DNA of 64,000 nt from the UHGV virus genome UHGV-0036853. One strand, given 5' to 3'. The notes below the pieces were generated by a model. That model saw nothing but the letters and a program-made list of their open reading frames with translations, was not told the DNA's origin and searched no databases. The position numbers and the translations under genes are program-made. This DNA comes from a virus. Shown here in pieces: positions 60,185 to 64,000 of the stretch (the stretch's first letter is position 1; every line of letters starts with the position of its first letter).

Positions 60185-60514
60185 TTACTCGAATACTTCA
60201 AGAAACTCCTGAACATCCCAATGCTGGACAAGGTGAAGATAGACCTTAGAAATCACGTCATTCTCGCTATCGCATGTGAAGTAGTACTTCTGGCTGCGGT
60301 TGTATGTGTCCACACAAAATTCGCTCATATCCATAAAGTCAGCATCTTCACCCATGTCGCAAATCATCAAAGCAGGTGCATCATCACGAGTCATCAGCTC
60401 AAGCACCCACCGCGAATTGATCAGAGTGGAAGACCAACCTTCTAACTCATAAAACTGATCAAACTCTTTTTGAGTCAATTTCTTGATTTGGTTGATGTCG
60501 ATATGTGCAAACAT
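60185..60514 (-). CDS. small acidic protein
   Basis: start at ATG 60514 behind AAGGA; D/E-rich. Confidence 0.45.
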   Translation of the reverse strand: MFAHIDINQIKKLTQKEFDQFYELEGWSSTLINSRWVLELMTRDDAPALMICDMGEDADFMDMSEFCVDTYNRSQKYYFTCDSENDVISKVYLHLVQHWDVQEFLEVFE

Positions 60515-60526
60515 AAAGCAATCCTT

Positions 60527-60580
60527 AAACAACATGTTTTCTTATTGGTGTTATTATCGCAATAACACACAGGCGAAAAA
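60527..60580 (-). promoter_or_regulatory. motif family 2 copy
   Basis: aaacaacatgttttcttattggtgttattatcg. Confidence 0.5.
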
Positions 60581-60699
60581 GGATTTTATTCCGGTGAATG
60601 TGGTTTTGGCAGTGAGTTTTCAGGTTCAGTACCGAGTACAATTTTTACATTATTCTGATTTAGTGGCCGAAGATGGCTGGTGGGCAGAATAATCCTCTC

Positions 60700-62000
60700 C
60701 CCGAAAACCTACTGAAATCGATTGTGACCCGCTGGCTGTCTGGCACAATTACGCTGTAGCTGGGCATTCAGAGGGAATCCAGCGGTAAGTAAGTCCGCCT
60801 GCACGTGAGCGTCTCTCTCCTTCCCGCACATTACAGGTGGGCAGCCGCAACTCTCCCTCACGCTATACCGGTACGCCACCGTTCCTGAACCGGCATCGAA
60901 CCTTTTCCCGAAATCCACACAGGCAACTCGACCGTTTCCCTGAAAACCTCCAGCCGTTCCCCGAAGGCAACCCAGCCGTTTCTGTAGCGGGATGCAGCCT
61001 TTTCCCTGTATGGACCGAAGGCTGACCGTAGGGGTGTTACGGGGGATAAAATCAGGAGTTGAATAAATACGAAAAAGGAGGCGACACCCCTCCTTCCCTC
61101 CCCACTTATACATACCTGGCTTCTTCGCTATACATGTTGTGTTTTATTCGTGTTTTATCTGTCTCAACCTCTCTATAGGCGTTAATGCTCACTCCTTCCA
61201 GAGCGTTCTATACGGCGACTATTCCTGTTGGTGAATTGGGTGTGTTGTTCTCTCTGTCGGTGTAAATGGTTTCGTTCGTTTTGCGGTGGTTCTTCTGTGG
61301 GGGTGTTCTCGTCGTTTTGGTGATTGTTCTTCTCCGTGTATGGAGTAATGGCAGGTGGGCGATTCCTTTCGTTATTGTGTTTGAGTTGTTTGTCTGGAGT
61401 GCGTGAAGGGCTTTTGTAGTTATTCGTGTATTGGGTAATGGCGTTTCCCGTGATTGTTATGTTTCGTGTCTTTTGGGATTGAGAGAATCCTTGCGGTTAC
61501 AGGCTTCGTTGGGTTTTCAGTGATTCTGGTGTTCTTCGCTGTTTGGGGAATGGCGTGTCGTGGGTATCGCGCGTGTGAATGTTTTCGGATTGCCTGTGAA
61601 AGTTAGGTTGGTTGTCCGGTAGCCTGGGAAGAAGAGGTGGGTCTTTTCGGTGGCCTGCCATAAAGAGGTTGGTTGTTTTTGGGAATGGCATGTGTGTTAT
61701 TTAGTTGTTTTGTTATGCCTGAAAATAAGTTGTTTATATGGTTGTGTAACGCAACGGGAGCGATTTTGAGCGTGTGTTTTTGTTGGTAGTGTGTTGAGTT
61801 GTCTGTGGTGAAAATTGGACGCTGTGGAGCTGTCTGCTGCGTAGGATTACGGGTATAAGAAGTGATGTGTGAAAACGTCAATTTTTTAGACCAAATCGGG
61901 TGAAAGCGTTGACGTTTCGTTGATCTGTTATTCAGTTGTTTTCTTGTTTGTATAAACAACTATAACCTATTGATATTTAAGGATGTGATTGCAGGCATGG
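60700..62000. other. ~1.3-kb gene-poor, strongly G+T-skewed (plus strand) region with spaced short repeats
   Basis: TTCCCnGAAA-like repeats at 60.70-61.0 kb; four spaced GGGnAATGGC-like repeats at about 61336, 61427, 61540 and 61681. Confidence 0.5.
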
Positions 62001-62087
62001 AAGGGGAGTAGTGGCGATCAACGGATTCTTATAGAAAAGAATCAAATTGTGACCGCCATTATCAACGGTTTGAATATGTTTTCAGAT

Positions 62088-62396
62088 TTACCAGTTCCAG
62101 CACTCTAGCCCTTCAACGACTGGTGCACCACAATCAAAATGTACAGAGTCAAAGCCTACATCAAGTACCTTCTGAATGTTAGCAATCGCGCCTTCGGATA
62201 TACCATATCGACGCAAGTTGTCTTTCCAGACATCATCCTGTAACCCGGCGTGGACAATACAACCGCCGTCAATTTGCGAAACCCAATCCAGCTCATTGCT
62301 TGCGATCATGAACCGGCGAGCATCTTCCTCTGATGTATGAGATGAACTGATCAATGCCACCTGGTAGGCTTGGGTAATGTTCAACATTTCAACCAC
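62088..62396 (-). CDS. hypothetical protein (last gene before chromosome junction)
   Basis: ORF with two upstream motif copies. Confidence 0.45.
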   Translation of the reverse strand: MVEMLNITQAYQVALISSSHTSEEDARRFMIASNELDWVSQIDGGCIVHAGLQDDVWKDNLRRYGISEGAIANIQKVLDVGFDSVHFDCGAPVVEGLECWNW

Positions 62397-62400
62397 TCCG

Positions 62401-62470
62401 AAACAATTTGTTTTCTTATATGGCTTATTATCTCAATTAACAAAAGTCAGAAAACAAATTGTTTTAGGCA
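62401..62470 (-). promoter_or_regulatory. two motif family 2 copies
   Basis: aaacaatttgttttcttatatggcttattatc and agaaaacaaattgtttta. Confidence 0.5.
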
Positions 62471-62547
62471 TATGTAAATCAGAAGGGATTGCGTCTATAT
62501 GAAAATGCCCAGCGTGTTGCCGGGCATTGCGAACAGAGGTTGTTTAG

Positions 62548-64000
62548 TTACTTAACCTGGTGGCCTGGTTTAGCGCCAGCATCCGGGCTTAACAGGAAGA
62601 TATCTTTCCCGCCAGGGCCAGCAGCCATCACCATGCCTTCGGAGATACCGAAGCGCATTTTACGCGGAGCCAGGTTAGCCACCATAATGGTGTGACGACC
62701 AATCAGTGCCTGTGGGTCTGGATAAGCAGAACGGATGCCTGAGAAGACATTGCGTTTTTCACCACCGAGATCCAGTGTCAGACGCAACAGTTTGTCAGAA
62801 CCTTCAACAAACTCCGCGTTTTCAATCAGCGCCACACGCAGGTCAACTTTGGCGAAGTCGTCAAAGGTGATGGTTTCCTGAATCGGGTCGTCAGCCAGTG
62901 GGCCAGTTACCGGTGCGGCTGTGGCTTTCACTTCTTCTTTGGATGCTTCCACCAGTGCTTCCACCTGTTTCATATCGATACGGTTATACAGTGCTTTGAA
63001 CGGATTCACTTTATGGCTCAACAGCGGTTGCTGAATACCATCCCAGGTCAGTTCTGTATTCAGGAATGCTTCTGCACGTTCAGTCAGTTTCGGCAGTACC
63101 GGTTTCAGGTAAGTCATCAGCACGCGGAACAGGTTAATGCCCATAGAGCAAATCGCCTGCAGATCTGCATCGCGACCTTCCTGCTTCGCCACCACCCACG
63201 GAGCCTGTTCATCGACATAGCGGTTAGCCAGGTCAGCCAATGCCATGATTTCACGGATAGCTTTACCAAATTCGCGGCTTTCCCATGCTTCGCCAATCAC
63301 TTCAGCGGCATCAGTAAAGGTTTTGTACAGTTGCGGGTCAGCCAGTTCGCTTGCCAGCACGCCGTCAAAACGCTTGTTGATAAAGCCCGCATTACGGGAG
63401 GCCAGGTTAACCACTTTGTTCACGATATCGGCATTCACACGCTGAACGAAATCCTCCAGGTTGAGATCGATATCATCAATGCGCGAAGACAGTTTGGCGG
63501 TGTAGTAGTAACGCAGGCTGTCAGCGTCAAAATGATTCAGCCAGGTGCTGGCTTTAATAAAGGTGCCGCGAGACTTGGACATCTTCGCGCCGTTCACCGT
63601 CACATAGCCGTGAACAAACAGGTTGGTCGGCTTGCGGAAGTTGCTGCCTTCCAGCATGGCAGGCCAGAACAGGCTGTGGAAGTAAACAATATCTTTACCG
63701 ATGAAGTGGTACAGCTCGGCGGTGGAGTCTTTCTTCCAGTATTCATCGAAGCTGGTGGTATCGCCGCGCTTGTCGCACAGATTCTTGAAGGAACCCATGT
63801 AGCCAATCGGTGCGTCCAGCCAGACGTAGAAATATTTACCCGGCGCGTTCGGAATTTCAAAACCGAAGTACGGCGCATCGCGGGAGATATCCCACTGTTG
63901 CAGGCCAGATTCAAACCACTCCTGCATTTTATTTGCCACTTGCTCCTGCAACGCGCCGCTGCGGGTCCATGCCTGCAACATTTCGCTGAAAGAAGGCAGA
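62548..64000 (-). CDS. metG: methionine--tRNA ligase, C-terminal two-thirds (partial, continues past window end)
   Basis: KMSKS motif, anticodon-binding and C-terminal tRNA-binding regions read as E. coli MetRS. Confidence 0.9.
   Translation of the reverse strand, partial: LPSFSEMLQAWTRSGALQEQVANKMQEWFESGLQQWDISRDAPYFGFEIPNAPGKYFYVWLDAPIGYMGSFKNLCDKRGDTTSFDEYWKKDSTAELYHFIGKDIVYFHSLFWPAMLEGSNFRKPTNLFVHGYVTVNGAKMSKSRGTFIKASTWLNHFDADSLRYYYTAKLSSRIDDIDLNLEDFVQRVNADIVNKVVNLASRNAGFINKRFDGVLASELADPQLYKTFTDAAEVIGEAWESREFGKAIREIMALADLANRYVDEQAPWVVAKQEGRDADLQAICSMGINLFRVLMTYLKPVLPKLTERAEAFLNTELTWDGIQQPLLSHKVNPFKALYNRIDMKQVEALVEASKEEVKATAAPVTGPLADDPIQETITFDDFAKVDLRVALIENAEFVEGSDKLLRLTLDLGGEKRNVFSGIRSAYPDPQALIGRHTIMVANLAPRKMRFGISEGMVMAAGPGGKDIFLLSPDAGAKPGHQVK

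Larger units (their letters stand above)
1..62480. mobile_element. large temperate phage-type element (prophage or integrated phage-plasmid-like); left boundary outside window, right boundary about 62.48-62.55 kb
   Basis: contiguous phage replication, lysis, tail, head, terminase and integrase genes; element-specific motif copies up to ~62470; metG 3' end at 62548. Confidence 0.8.

Noticed and set aside
61100-61900. Possible CRISPR array suggested by spaced short repeats
   Set aside because: The repeats are short, degenerate and irregularly spaced; no identical direct repeats with uniform spacers and no cas genes
60709-61959. Minus-strand ORFs 60709..61113, 61497..61691 and 61603..61959
   Set aside because: Low-complexity Pro/Thr/Gln-rich translations of a strongly GT-skewed region with no RBS; treated as non-coding, with the caveat stated in the findings
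1-64000. rRNA genes
   Set aside because: No stretch resembling conserved rRNA sequence was seen

Overview
Almost the whole window (1 to ~62.5 kb) reads as one large temperate-phage-type mobile element, ending about 70 bp before the 3' end of a chromosomal metG gene (62548-64000, minus strand, partial). Most genes are on the minus strand. Modules I can support: recombination/replication (RecA-like, flap endonuclease, gp32-like SSB, DnaE-type polymerase, CobS/CobT-like AAA+/vWA pair, ATP-dependent ligase, primase, DnaB-like helicase), an hdeA-hdeB cargo cassette, tyrosine integrase with an HTH regulator and glutaredoxin, four tRNA genes, a ParA-type partition locus, spanins, a lambda-like tail-tip module (M-L-K-I-J) with a long repeat-rich tail fibre, head and packaging genes, and an SF2 helicase. 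The best candidates for an undescribed system are a tightly coupled ParB-ParB-ABC ATPase-GNAT-wHTH operon (48.2-51.4 kb), an AT-rich HEPN-like single-gene island (14.96-15.87 kb), an AT-rich cargo island (53.3-56.8 kb) and an array of small, individually promoted genes that includes acidic proteins (57.4-62.4 kb). Two families of conserved intergenic motifs recur across the element. All calls come from reading the translated ORFs and the DNA by eye; no database search or folding was run, and coordinates of motifs and hairpins are approximate (a few bp).
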